Shown: positions 36,345 to 48,160, numbered from the whole stretch's first letter. The stretch is 63,154 nucleotides of DNA, filler included, from Octopus bimaculoides (GCF_001194135.2; 6 parts of 5 records of this genome joined end to end with filler, not necessarily neighbours in it); one strand, 5' to 3'. The notes: generated from the sequence alone by a model not told the origin. Translations and numbers: made by a program.

Positions 36345-36951
36345 CCAAGGTTAACACTTTTCAGGGTATGGGTGAGTTGATTGCATTGACCTCAGTGCGT
36401 AACTGATGCCTTATTTTATCGATTCTGAAAGGATGAAATGCAAAGTTGGCCTCGGTGGGATTTGAACTCAGAACACAAAGTTCTGGAAGAAATATCACTA
36501 AGCATTTTCTCCATTGCACCGACGATTCTGGTAGCTCACAACCGTATGATGATTTCGACGACGACAATGACGATGATGATGATTATGATGATAATGATGA
36601 TGATAAATGCCCTGATGCAGTACCAGGCAGAGGCTTTCATGGCTTCTGATCTTAACTGATTCGAAGTGTTAACGTACATATTTTGTCTTGGTGTAAAGAA
36701 TGGGTTACAGCAAATTTTCCTGCTCCCTCAATAATAATAATAATATAATCATTTCTATTATAGGCACAAGGGCAGCAATTTGAGGGATGGGGATAGTGGA
36801 TTACATCCATTCCAGTACTCAACTGGTATTTATTTTATTCACCCCGAAAGGATGAAATGCAAAGTCGACCGCGGCGGAATTTGAACTCAGAACGTAAAGG
36901 CGGACGAAATGCCGCTAAGCATTTTTGCCCGACCCGTTAACGATTCTGCCT
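36345..36951 (-). mobile_element. Two SINE family B copies with (GAT)n/(AAT)n
   Basis: aaaggatgaaatgcaaagt.g.cc.cgg.gg.atttgaactcagaac in both (36345-36540, 36748-36951). Confidence 0.85.
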
Positions 36952-36965
36952 TGATGATGATGATA

Positions 36966-37019
<54 letters not shown>

Positions 37020-37021
<2 letters not shown>

Positions 37022-39280
37022 AATCCTTTCTTTATTGGCCACAAGAGCCGAATTCAAAATACAAAACGGATAATACAAAACAAGGGACAAGTGGAGTTTA
37101 AAACAGAAATCATGTAAGCAATTAAAAAACAAAAACAGTTGATAAATAATCTAACAACAAAAATCCCCCAATGAGTGTTCCACCCTGGGCCGAGAGACAT
37201 GCTGGTTACCCCGACTGCCAAGAGCACACCAGGTAAGCAACCCTCTTCCTCTAAACTAATCCGGCTTACAGGTGAATATTCACACGAGCCATTTTATTAG
37301 CATTCACCCACCTTTCAACAAAATTACTGGGAGATAGAACTTCCCTCTCTACCCTCTCATTCCTCTTCAAATGGAACTAGAAAAAAGTCAACGAGGACTC
37401 GGCCGAAGAGAAAAGTATCTGTCATCAGTCCTCCAGCCTCGTCCACTACAGAGGGAAACTGCCTTCCACCAGGCAAAGGAAAACTGACTTTCTCTCCAGG
37501 CCAAAAGAAGGCAGCGGGGCGATCCTCTCGATGGACTCGGCTGATAACTGGATCCGACCTACACGAGACAATAACTGTTCGGCAAAACACTACAAGTCTG
37601 TAAAGCACGGACGCTGAACGAGTGCATGCAGGTCGGTTTCATCGCTTTGCACGCACCTCTGACAGGTCCGTCTGACAGCACTTCCATGTCTGTAGAGCTT
37701 GTCTCGATCTGGCAGATCACCCTGGTAGCACTGCCAGGCCATGGATTTCTGGAAGTTATCCATAGGCCCCGTCCCGAAAGCTCTCTGGAAAGGACCAGTT
37801 AATTCATCCTTCTCGACGCCCAGAGTTTCCCCTAGAACGTCGTCGTTCTTGTCAGCAACTAATCCCCTATAAACCTCCACAGTGGAACTGCCACCGACCG
37901 CGTTGCCCGACTGGCAGAAAGCTGTGAGCGCTTGTTGACACTCCAGATGCCGAGCACCTTTTCTTGGTCTACGCTTGACCCATTAATACGACGGGCTGCG
38001 GAAAATCTCGTTTGACGAACGGTGACCACATCTCACATTTAAGAAAATGCTGGAGATGTTGCAGCCTCAGCGCATGTCTGCACATCATTAGCCAAGATAT
38101 CCCCAGCCCTCAGCTCAGCGACTGTTGACAGCAGATGGACATCTGACGAGTGAAACACGTCCCTTCCACTGAAAGTGGAAGAGTAAGCGCTCCAGCTTTA
38201 TCAGGCACAAAGTGGGGAAAGGGACGACGGTCAGGCGGTAGTAGATGACGGAAGCGATGTACGCATTCGCCGCCTCTGCTCGATCCTTCACGTACAGCTT
38301 CCTCGCTGCCCATTTCTGGGTGAGATTAGCCACACTGCTCGTCACCTCCCTCCCACTTCTTGTCCACCCAGAGATCTAGGCCACACCACATCCCGAGCAA
38401 TTTAACTGGTCCTTCCGTCCAGCGCCGTACAACGCTGCTAGTTGGCATGAACCTGCCTCTCCAGGTGCCGAGTTGCAAGCCCACCGGCTTCTCCCGATTA
38501 ATCTTTGCTCATGTCACCGCTTCGTACTCCCTTATAGCAGTGCCGACCACCTCGGTTTCCGAGCTGTCCGACCCTATTATGGTGACGTCGTTCGTATAAG
38601 CCGACACGAAACTACCACATTCCAGATCACAGAGGATGCCCCTCGAAACATCCGCACAGCGTGCACAAAGGAAGCGAGAGTGGGCATCTTTGAGTGATCA
38701 AATGAGCGATGCTGAGCGATTCCGTTAGGTGGCCATTTATTTTGACCACTGAATAGATGTCACTGTACATTGCAGCGATCTAGCCTCTGAAAACAGGACC
38801 GAAACCTACTGCCGCGAGAACAGTCTCCGGGTATTGGTGGTCGAACCTATCACAAGCTTAGGTTTAATCCAAATTGATCCGGGCCCCATCCATGCCAGGC
38901 TCCTTAAGCACCCTCTCTATGATGTAGCGCATGAGATGGAGGCTGTCGTGGAAAGTTCTGTCTGGAATAGTGCATGCATGCGCGGCACCAACTGACTTAT
39001 CGACAACAAGCGCCAACCTCTTGGCTAACACATTGGCCAACATCTTATAATCTGCATTCAGCAGAGTTATAGGCCTAAAATTATCAATTTTTCACCCTTG
39101 TTCGGGTCCATCCTCAACAGCACCACCACTCCACGGTTCACAACACAGGGAATTCTCCCGTTGTGCAGCTTGTTGTGGTAGACATGTGCCAAGAGATAAC
39201 CGAATAAGTCTAGCATACGAAAATAAAGCTCGAAGAGCAGACCATCTCGCCCAGGAGACTTTTCCTATGTGCAGCTCGTC
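37020..39280 (-). mobile_element. 5'-truncated Tx1/L1-clade LINE (RT, zf-RVT, 3' UTR, (ATC)n tail)
   Basis: KSPGRDGL..., KIDNFRPITLLNADYKMLANVLAKRL (RT), AKINREK, W.CYQGDL..RDKL...C.RC...DET..H (Cys-rich C-terminus); frameshifted. Confidence 0.92.
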
Positions 39281-39418
39281 ATCGAGAAAGCAACCATACT
39301 GTGGGATATACCAATACACACAGATAGAGAAATTAAGGCCAATAGGCCAGATATAGTTGTCAAAGATCATGAAGGAAAAAAATGTTTTCTAATTGATGTA
39401 TCAATACCAACAGATGAC
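39281..39418 (+). mobile_element. R4/Dong-like LINE RLE fragment
   Basis: ATILWDIPIHTDREIKANRPDIVVKDHEGKKCFLIDVSIPTDD (PD...D endonuclease motif). Confidence 0.88.
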
Positions 39419-39562
39419 NNNNNNNNNNNNNNNNNNNNNNNNNNNNNNNNNNNNNNNNNNNNTTAATTAATTAANNNNNNNNNNNNNNNNNNNNNNNNNN
39501 NNNNNNNNNNNNNNNNNNATATAAATATATATATATATATATAAATATATATATATATACAT

Positions 39563-39629
<67 letters not shown>

Positions 39630-39659
39630 CATATAGATTCGTGTCACCTTTTCCTTTTG

Positions 39660-40380
39660 CTAGCGAGGATGTAGTCAATTTGGCTAGTGTGTCTGCCAGA
39701 ACGGTAGGTGATTAGGTGCCTGGCATAAGGTCATTTGAATCGCAGAACTCCATCAGCCTGGTTCCCTCATTGCGGGAACCAAAACCGTAGCCTCTATGTA
39801 TTCCATGGAAGCCCCCTGCATGTTGTCCAACATGTCCATTGAAGTCACCAGCCACAAAGAGTAGGTCCCTGTCATTCATCAACGAGGTAGTCTGCAGGAA
39901 GGTGTCATAAAATCGGTCTTTCTGTCCATCAGGTAGACCCAGCTGAGTGACATAGGCCGAGATAATGGTTGCTAACCCATGATGAAGCACTAATCTAATC
40001 CTAAGTATTCTGTTGCATACTCTGACTACCTCAATTACCTTATCAACCCATTTCTCTGCAAGAAGTATACCCACGCCCCTGACCCCGTCTGAGTTCCCTG
40101 CCCAGATAATCTTGTACCTGTGTTCTTTGCCTGTGAGGAACCTAGTGGAACCTCCTCTCCACTTTACTTCTTGGAGGCAGCACAAATCGACACATCTCCG
40201 TTCAAGCATCTCAACAATCTCACCAGACCTACCTTTCAGTGTGCCGACGTTGAGAGTGCCAACCCCGAAGGTGTGGGAAGTGTAGGCCCGTGGGACCCTG
40301 GGGCGGGGAACAGCAGCGTCATGTACCTGAAAAGAAAGCTCGCATTTGGCAGAATTCATAAACAAACAATATACTTCAAT
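39660..40380 (-). mobile_element. RTE-clade LINE AP-endonuclease fragment
   Basis: ORF 39712..40365: GTLNVGTL..., CCLQEVKWRG, GVGILL, IISAY, GDFNGHVG, GFGSRN. Confidence 0.93.
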
Positions 40381-40387
40381 TCAACCT

Positions 40388-41000
40388 GCATCCTGGGATG
40401 GCACATGTTTGTGCTTCCCCCACCAGGTCGCTCACGACAACCCTAAATCTTTGCAAGCACCTTGACCAAAATCTTTAACTCTGTTAAACAGAGTTATGGG
40501 CCTAAAATTATTGACGATATCCCCCTTGCTCGGGTCCTTTCTGATCTGCGTCACCACTCCTCGACTCACAGCTTTGGGAATCCTCCCGTTCTGTTGCCAA
40601 TTCGTGTACACACTGGCCAGTACGTTCCTGAACAAGTCTGACATACTACTATAAAATGTGTAAGGAAGACCATCCAGACCCGGCAACTTGTCCCCGGGAC
40701 ACTCGGACAGTACCTCTCTGATCTTCTCGGCTGTAATGGGTCCTTCACAGCGCTCAGGATCACGGGCCGAAAGACACGGGCCGCTGTAAGGCATCCTCCA
40801 TGGTCCAACGTCCCGTCCCTCCCGTACAGCGCGGCAAAGTGCTTGTGAAAGGCCTCGCATATCTCCTGTCCTTTGATCTCCCGTCCGGACTCATCTACCA
40901 AAGACCCAATTGTAGCATCGATGCAACGTTGAGTTTCTATCGAGCGAGCCCATCTGGCAACTGATTTTTCCTGGTTAATTTTGGCTCCTGCCACCATTGT
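40388..41000 (-). mobile_element. Rearranged Tx1-clade LINE fragment (copy 2)
   Basis: DKLPGLDGLPYTFY...WQQNGRIPKAVSRGVVT.IRKDPSKGDIVNNFRPITL. Confidence 0.9.
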
Positions 41001-41165
41001 GACCTCTACTTCTGTGCATAGAGTGCGTAGCCCCACCCCTGGTCGATGTTCATGTATCTACATTTCTACGCTCGTACCTAGTCTCTACCATGTTACCGAT
41101 GTTTATCCAGGAGGAAGGCCACAAATAGAGGCCGATACGCTTGGTACGTAGAAGTGTAGATGCAT

Positions 41166-41334
41166 GATGAACATCGACCAAGGGGAGGTCTACGCTCTTT
41201 ATGCACGGAACTGGAAGTCAATGGTGGCCCCCTATTGACTTACATTCAGCAAGATGAACATCGACCAAGGGGAGGTCTACGCTCTTTATGCACGGAACTG
41301 GAAGTCAATGTTGGCCCCCTATTGACTTACATTC
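41166..41334. repeat. 87-bp tandem repeat (at least 2 copies, runs into gap)
   Basis: Unit GATGAACATCGACCAAGGGGAGG...TTGACTTACATTC starts at 41166 and 41253. Confidence 0.9.
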
Positions 41335-42009
41335 NNNNNNNNNNNNNNNNNNNNNNNCTTCTCGGTATTTGATCGGATTATCTGCATTCAATTCAAAACC
41401 TCTCTGGAACCAACTCTTGTTAATTCTTCGTTCTTTCTCGGTCGATATCAAAAATCAAGCCAGAACGGTTGATTGGCAACCCGCAACTCCGACGCCGCTT
41501 ACAAAGGGCGGTGACTACACGGCCATAAATGTAGAGTCAAGGGAAGAACATCAACTTTGTTGTTGTCTTCCCTTCACTGAAATACAATTAAAACAAATGA
41601 AAACATAACAAATTTTAATTTTTTGTCATACATATTTTAATCCTATAAAAGTTCCAATCAGCGTCTCTTCCTCTCACTCATACCATTAAAACAACGAAAC
41701 CATCAAACCATTAAAATATTTTATTTGTCAAGTTTTATTTCCAGTTTTAATTCGAAGTGTTGTGAATTCTCCTTGAATGAACTGTGTGCCCTTTACCTGT
41801 AAATAAAGGGAAAGACGTTGTAGAAGTTAAAACATCACTGCGGTTTCTGGTTGGAACCCCCAGGTTTCCTGCACTGGAAGAGCCTGGTTAAGAGTCTATA
41901 CGGTCACGTGGCACCTCCCCGTACACCTTGCAACTATGTTATGACACCAACCAGCATGTTGCAGAGGATGTTTAAAGACTCAAAGGTTCATAAAACCGAC
42001 CTAATCATT

Positions 42010-42660
42010 TTTATACTTTTACCTTTTATCTTGTTTCAGTCATTAGACTGCGGCCATGCTGGGGTAGTTCACGAATGATCGACCCCAGCGCTTTTTTTTT
42101 AAACGCTGGTACTTATTTATCGGTCTTTTTGCCGAACCGCTAAGTTACGATCTCACTTGTTTCAGTCATTAGACTGCGGTCATGTTGGAGCACCGCTTTC
42201 AATTTTTAGTCGAAGGAATCGACCCCAGCGCTTTTTAGTCGAAGGAATCGACCCCAGCGTGTTTTTGAAACGCTGGTACTTATTTTATCGGTCATTTTGC
42301 CGAACCGCTAAGTTACGATCTCACTTGTTTCAGTCATTAGACTGCGGTCATGTTGGAGCACCGTTTTCAATTTAGTCGAAGGAATCGACCCCAGCGTGAT
42401 TTTGAAACGCTGGTACTTGTACCAGCGTTTCAAATCGACCCCTGAGCTTTTTTGAAACGCTGGTACTTATTCTATCGGTCTTTTTGCCGAACCGCTAAGT
42501 TGCGATCTCACTTGTTTCAATCATTAGATTGATGAGTGGTCAGGCTGGAGCACCGCTTTAAATTTTTAGTCGAAGGAATCGACCTCAGTGCTTTCTTTTT
42601 AAGCCTGGTACTTACTCTATCGGTCTTTTTGCCGAACCGCGAAGTTACGGGCACGTAAAC
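42010..42660 (-). repeat. Head-to-tail array of four SINE family A 3' tails
   Basis: cttgtttca.tcattaga.tg...ccgaaccgc.aagtt.cg repeated from ~42025, 42152, 42321 and 42506. Confidence 0.9.
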
Positions 42661-42781
42661 AAGCAAGTTTTCATAATTTTATGCTCATCTAATGGTGAGC
42701 TTAGTTTTGTACTCGCCTGGTATACTTACCAGTAATCAAGTATGTTGACGTGATGTCAACAGACCTGATTATAGTTTCCCC

Positions 42782-42882
42782 GATCGAGATCGGATCGGAT
42801 CGGATCGGATCGGATCGGATCGGATCAGATCAGATCAGATCGAGTTACACCAGATCAGTTTAGATCTAGTCAGATTAGATCG
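42782..42882. repeat. (GATCG)n/(GATCA)n pentanucleotide repeat
   Basis: Direct observation. Confidence 0.9.
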
Positions 42883-43814
42883 GAGCTGGTGTCTCGATAG
42901 AAGTGAGAAATCGCCGGCCTTTTATAGCCCTAAATACCAAAAGTGGGCGGGGTTAAACTTACGTCATTTATGGAATATCTCAAGAGTCCTCGACTAAAAG
43001 TATAATACAACGCAATAATATTTGCTTTAGAATCTTCCATTCTTTCATTTTGTGTTAAAAAAACATATAATTATGATGACGTAACAATGGAATACTTTCT
43101 TTTTTGTATTCTGAAAATGTCGGAGTTTTGAAATGACGATTTATAGCATTCATATTTTTGTCTTTCAAGGGTATTTGAGAACAAGAAAATTGAAAAAATT
43201 CCAAAGTTCTACTTTTCTTTTTTACTGGGGATTATGCCGTGTTTCTATTTTTCTTTCATTACTTGGTTCATAGAATAATGCCAATTATGTTACTGGTACT
43301 TGTTTTATAAACTCTGCAGCAATAGAAATTCAATAATACCAACGAGATTCGAAGTGTAGTACCGACTGGAGAAAAAAATAAATGGATAATCTCTTTTGTA
43401 ACTTTCTCTAGTAGTATTAAATATCTGAAAGATAATCAACGCATTCAGCTGAGATTTGAAACCTGACATCCAACCAGCTTTTTTGTTGCTGTTTTTGTTC
43501 ACTTTTATATATTCTTGAGATTAACATATCCAGTCAACAACAATAACAACAATAATAATTCTTTGTCACAAAGGCCCATACATTCAATACAAAACAGGAC
43601 GTGTGGAGATGTACATAAGAGTGTGTGTGTGTGTATGTATGTATGTATCTATGTATGTATGTCATTATTCAGTTTATTTCAAGATTTCTTGCCAATAGAG
43701 AAAGAACCGGTTTCTAACCTAGATCCAAGGCTCCTTCATTGGGATTTCAACATCAACAACAGTGTATTTTTGTATGTATGTATATATGTATGTATGTAGC
43801 TAAGTATGTATGTG

Positions 43815-43846
<32 letters not shown>

Positions 43847-44279
43847 TGTATGTATGAGCAGATTTGTATGTTTTATGTATGTATTCTCATGCATATAGTT
43901 GCATATCTAGACATGCACATGTATATTTTAAGTGATAAACTTCTGGAAAGTTTTACATATCTTTATAGTTCCAGTGATAGATTCGATCTGCAGTCTTTGA
44001 ATTAGTTTTTTCCTTTCTGGTTTTGGGAAGCCTAATTTCTCGAGATTGGTATTTAGGCAGTGAATTACATATCCCAGGGTTCGATAATTATAGGTATAAA
44101 CCTGAACTTGTATGTATGTATATATGTATGTATGTATGCATGTATGTATGTATATATGTATGCTTTAGAGAATTAACATTGCTTGTTTCCACCTTTTCGA
44201 TATCAGTGAAGAATTTCACTGGAAAAGTAGATATAAGATTGCCAAGATTTTGTCTCTCTCATCAAAGATCAGTGGCTAT

Positions 44280-44324
44280 CGAACGCCGACGAAGGGAAAT
44301 AACCCTGAAACCCGGGTCCGTTCG
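44280..44324 (+). ncRNA. Minimal type-I hammerhead ribozyme fold (U4C core variant)
   Basis: CGAACG-CCGACGA-AGGG aaataa CCCT-GAAA-CCCGGG-TC-CGTTCG: stem I 6 bp, stem II 4 bp, palindromic ACCCGGGT stem III, GUC site after 44318. Confidence 0.72.
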
Positions 44325-44579
44325 TGCTACAGATCATGATGGGAGGGATAACTTCCCTTGGCAAACAGGACACAGTAGTGTGTCGATAAGCCAGCTGGAG
44401 GAGATGTCCTCCTGGAGCTAAAAGCAACAGTAACATCCACCCCTAGGGGTCAGCCACACTTAAGTGGCAATATACTACACTTTNNNNNNNNNNNNNNNNN
44501 NNNNNNNNNNNNNNNNNNNNNNNNNNNNNNNNNNNNNNNNNNNNNNNNNNNNNNNNNNNNNTATATATATATATATATA

Positions 44580-44653
44580 TATATGCATGCACACACACAT
44601 ACACACACATACACCATACATGTATATATTCACTACATCTCTCTCTCTCCCCC

Positions 44654-44689
<36 letters not shown>

Positions 44690-45080
44690 CTATCTACCTA
44701 TCTACCTATCTATCTGTGTCTGTCAGTCCGTCCGTCCGTCTATCCATCCAAAAACCCACCCACCCATCCATCCATCGATCTATCCATCGATCGATCCATC
44801 CATCCATCCATCCATCCATCCATCCATCCATCCAATCTTATCCAATCTAATCTAATCTAATCGTTCTAATCCATCTTTCTATTTTATATATTTAGCTAGC
44901 TAGTTATCTCTGTAGACGGGTATCTTAAATCATACTATCTACACACAAGCACACAGACTCACGCGTAAACACGCAAATGCACACACACACACACATACTC
45001 ACACACATTTGCGCACACACACATACACGCACATACGCACACGCACATATACGCACATACACACATACACACAATTCTCT
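44580..45080. repeat. Compound (CA)/(CT)/(CTAT)/(CCAT) microsatellites
   Basis: Direct observation. Confidence 0.9.
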
Positions 45081-45159
45081 CACACTCAGTCAAAGAATTA
45101 CGAAACATTCTTACTTGCAAAATATGTTTTATAATCAATTGAAAATCGTCTTAAAAACA

Positions 45160-46200
45160 TGTCTGAAATAGACTTCTACGCGAGGTAGCTGCCCTTCATC
45201 AGACTCGGTGATGGTGACGTCATCCGGATATGCCATCATATTTCTTCTATACCATCGATCATGCGGGCCCCACCCCGTGTTCCTTAGCCTCCGCAGTAGT
45301 GGCTCGAGCACCAACATATACAGTAGCGGGGACAGGGGGCAGCCCTGGCGAATCGAACGCTTGATCGAGAAGGGGTTTGAGAAGAACCCATTCACCCGGA
45401 CGACAGATACGATATTGCCATATATGGCTTTGATCCAGCTTCGGAAGGTCGGGCCACATCTGACCACCCGGAGGACCGCCGCCAGATACTCGTGGTCAAT
45501 TCTATCGAACGCCTTAGACTGGTCTAAATTCACCAGTGCCCCCACCATTTCCATGCTTTTTACCCACCCGTTCTATGGTGTAGCGAATGAGGTGAAGGTT
45601 GTCCTGTATCGTCCTTCCTGGGATGGCACATGTTTGTGCTTCCCCCACCAGGTCGCCCACGACAACCCTAAATCTTTGCAAGCACCTTGACCAAAATCTT
45701 TAACTCTGTTTAACAGAGTTATGGGCCTAAAATTATTGACGATATCCCCTTTGCTCGGGTCCTTCCTGATCTGCGTCACCACTCCTCGGCTCACAGCTTT
45801 GGGAATCCTCCCATCCTGTTGCCATCACGGGCCGAAAGACNNNNNNNNNNNNNNNNNNNNNNNNNNNNNNNNNNNNNNNNNNNNNNNNNNNNNNNNNNNN
45901 NNNNNNNNNNNNNNNNNNNNNNNNNNNNNNNNNNNNNNNNNNNNNNNNNNNNNNNNNNNNNNNNNNNNNNNNNNNNNNNNNNNNNNNNNNNNNNNNNNNN
46001 NNNNNNNNNNNNNNNNNNNNNNNNNNNNACCAAAAGACCCAATTGTAGCTTCGATGCCACGTTGGGTTTCTATCGAACGAGCCCATCTGGCAACTGATTT
46101 TTCCTGGTTAATTTTGGCTCCTGCCACCATTGTGAACTCTACTTCTGTGCATAGAGTGCGTAGCCCCACCCCTGGTCGATGTTCATGTATCTACATTTCT
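45160..46200 (-). mobile_element. Rearranged Tx1-clade LINE fragment (copy 3) with RT core
   Basis: ORF 45135..45554: LDQSKAFDRIDHEYL...SIRQGCPLSPLLY.LVLEPL...AYPDDVT; 45610-46200 duplicates 40390-41066. Confidence 0.92.
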
Positions 46201-47010
46201 ACATGCTGATAGATGACAGGCGATTGACTATAAATCAAACAGCCAGTGCTATTAGCATATCCCGTAAGAGACTTGAGAATATTCTGCACAATGAACTTGG
46301 CATGACGAAAGTTTCAGCTCGGTGGGTCCTCATCTGACACCTCATCAAAAGCGCACCAGGCTGATCAAATTACGGAAAAGTCTAACATTGTTTTGAAGTT
46401 GACTATCTGGTTTCCTTGAACGTTTCCTAACCTAGAATGAGTGTTGGATCGATCATTTTGAACCAGAAACAATGAAACAATCTATGCAATGGAAATACAC
46501 CTGTTCACTTGCTCAAAAGGAGGCCAAGTTTGTTTCATCTGCAGGGAAGGTAGTGGCTTCAGTTTTTTGGGGGATGCACAAGACATTGTTTGTTGACTAT
46601 CTTCAAAAGGGCCACAGCATCAATAGAGAGTAGTATGCCAACTTGCTGAGGCAGTTACGAAAGGCTATGAAGACCAAACGTCCAAGAAAACTGAAGAATG
46701 GGGACTTGTTTGATCAGGACAATCCTCCAGCACACAAGTCCTTGGTTTCAATGGCTGCAATGCGTGACTGTGGTTTTGAACTGGTTGATCACCCACGCTA
46801 TTCTCCTGATTTTGTCCCATCTGATTGATTTGGCCCCACCATCTGATTTAGCCCTATCATCTGATCCCCAGCATTTGGCCCTATCATCTGGCCCCATCAT
46901 CTGGCCCTATCATCTGGCCCCATCGCAGTGATGACGTCATATCTGATGTTAATCGAAGCACTACAACACTGATGGAAGAAATGTGTATGCACCGTAAGGA
47001 GGACTATGTT
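46201..47010 (+). mobile_element. Mariner (DD34D-type) transposase relic, 5'-truncated
   Basis: KVSARWV, SAGKVVASVFW, DNPPAH, HPRYSPDFVPSD motifs with stops/frameshifts; paralog of 51635-52490. Confidence 0.9.
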
Positions 47011-47713
47011 GAAAAATGTTTGTGTGTGTGTGTACCATCATATTTATGCACTATATGATCACTACCTTACACAGGAGATAAACCCTAAGTAGGAGTGGTC
47101 ATGGCGTAACGCCTTTAGAAGTGTTCATAGGAAACAACCAAAGGATGACAGAGGATAGGAACTTCCGGTACAGGTGGAGAGGTAGGAGGACGGGCGTACC
47201 GCGAACTAGCAAATTTAGACGAGGGCGTCTTCTGGATACGTATTCTTTCGGCGGAGGTATTAAAAATCGAGTAGGGGAATCCGAGTGCGTGGGCTATTTT
47301 ATGTAGGGTGGTGGTGGTGGTGGTGGTGGTGGAGGAAGTCTTGGTGAAGCANNNNNNNNNNNNNNNNNNNNNNNNNNNNNNNNNNNNNNNNNNNNNNNNN
47401 NNNNNNNNNNNNNNNNNNNNNNNNNNNNNNNNNNNNNNNNNNNNNNNNNNNNNNNNNNNNNNNNNNNNNNNNNNNNNNNNNNNNNNNNNNNNNNNNNNNN
47501 NNNNNNNNNNNNNNNNNNNNNNNNNNNNNNNNNNNNNNNNNNNNNNNNNNNNNNNNNNNNNNNNNNNNNNNNNNNNNNNNNNNNNNNNNNNNNNNNNNNN
47601 NNNNNNNNNNNNNNNNNNNNNNNNNNNNNNNNNNNNNNNNNNNNNNNNNNNNNNNNNNNNNNNNNNNNNNNNNNNNNNNNNNNNNNNNNNNNNNNNNNNT
47701 ATGTATGTATGCA

Positions 47714-47752
<39 letters not shown>

Positions 47753-48099
47753 CTTGTATTTTATAAATCGTTTACACCTATTGAAAGTGCGGATTACGGA
47801 ATTATACTGAAAATTGACAGGCGGTTTCTATAATGCGGGCAATCCTCTTCCTGGGATATTCTTTAGTTCTTTAGCCTGGTTTATGTAGCTAATAGCCGAA
47901 ACTCTGCTGTAACAGCACATAAACACATGTATGAAGAAAATCATGCAATAAGCATGTAGGAACTCACGCACGCACACGCACGCACACGCACGCACACACA
48001 CACACACACTTGCACACACATGCATATGAAATAGCAAAGCACGTCATTGATGAGGTCGCGAATGACAACGGATACATTCAGTCAAAGCAACAGACTATT

Positions 48100-48111
48100 A
48101 GATTGATTGAC

Positions 48112-48160
<49 letters not shown>

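Noticed and set aside
47050-47300. GC-rich block with small hairpins and an SDH tripeptide on the minus strand
   Set aside because: Insufficient motif support for either an endonuclease or a ribozyme.
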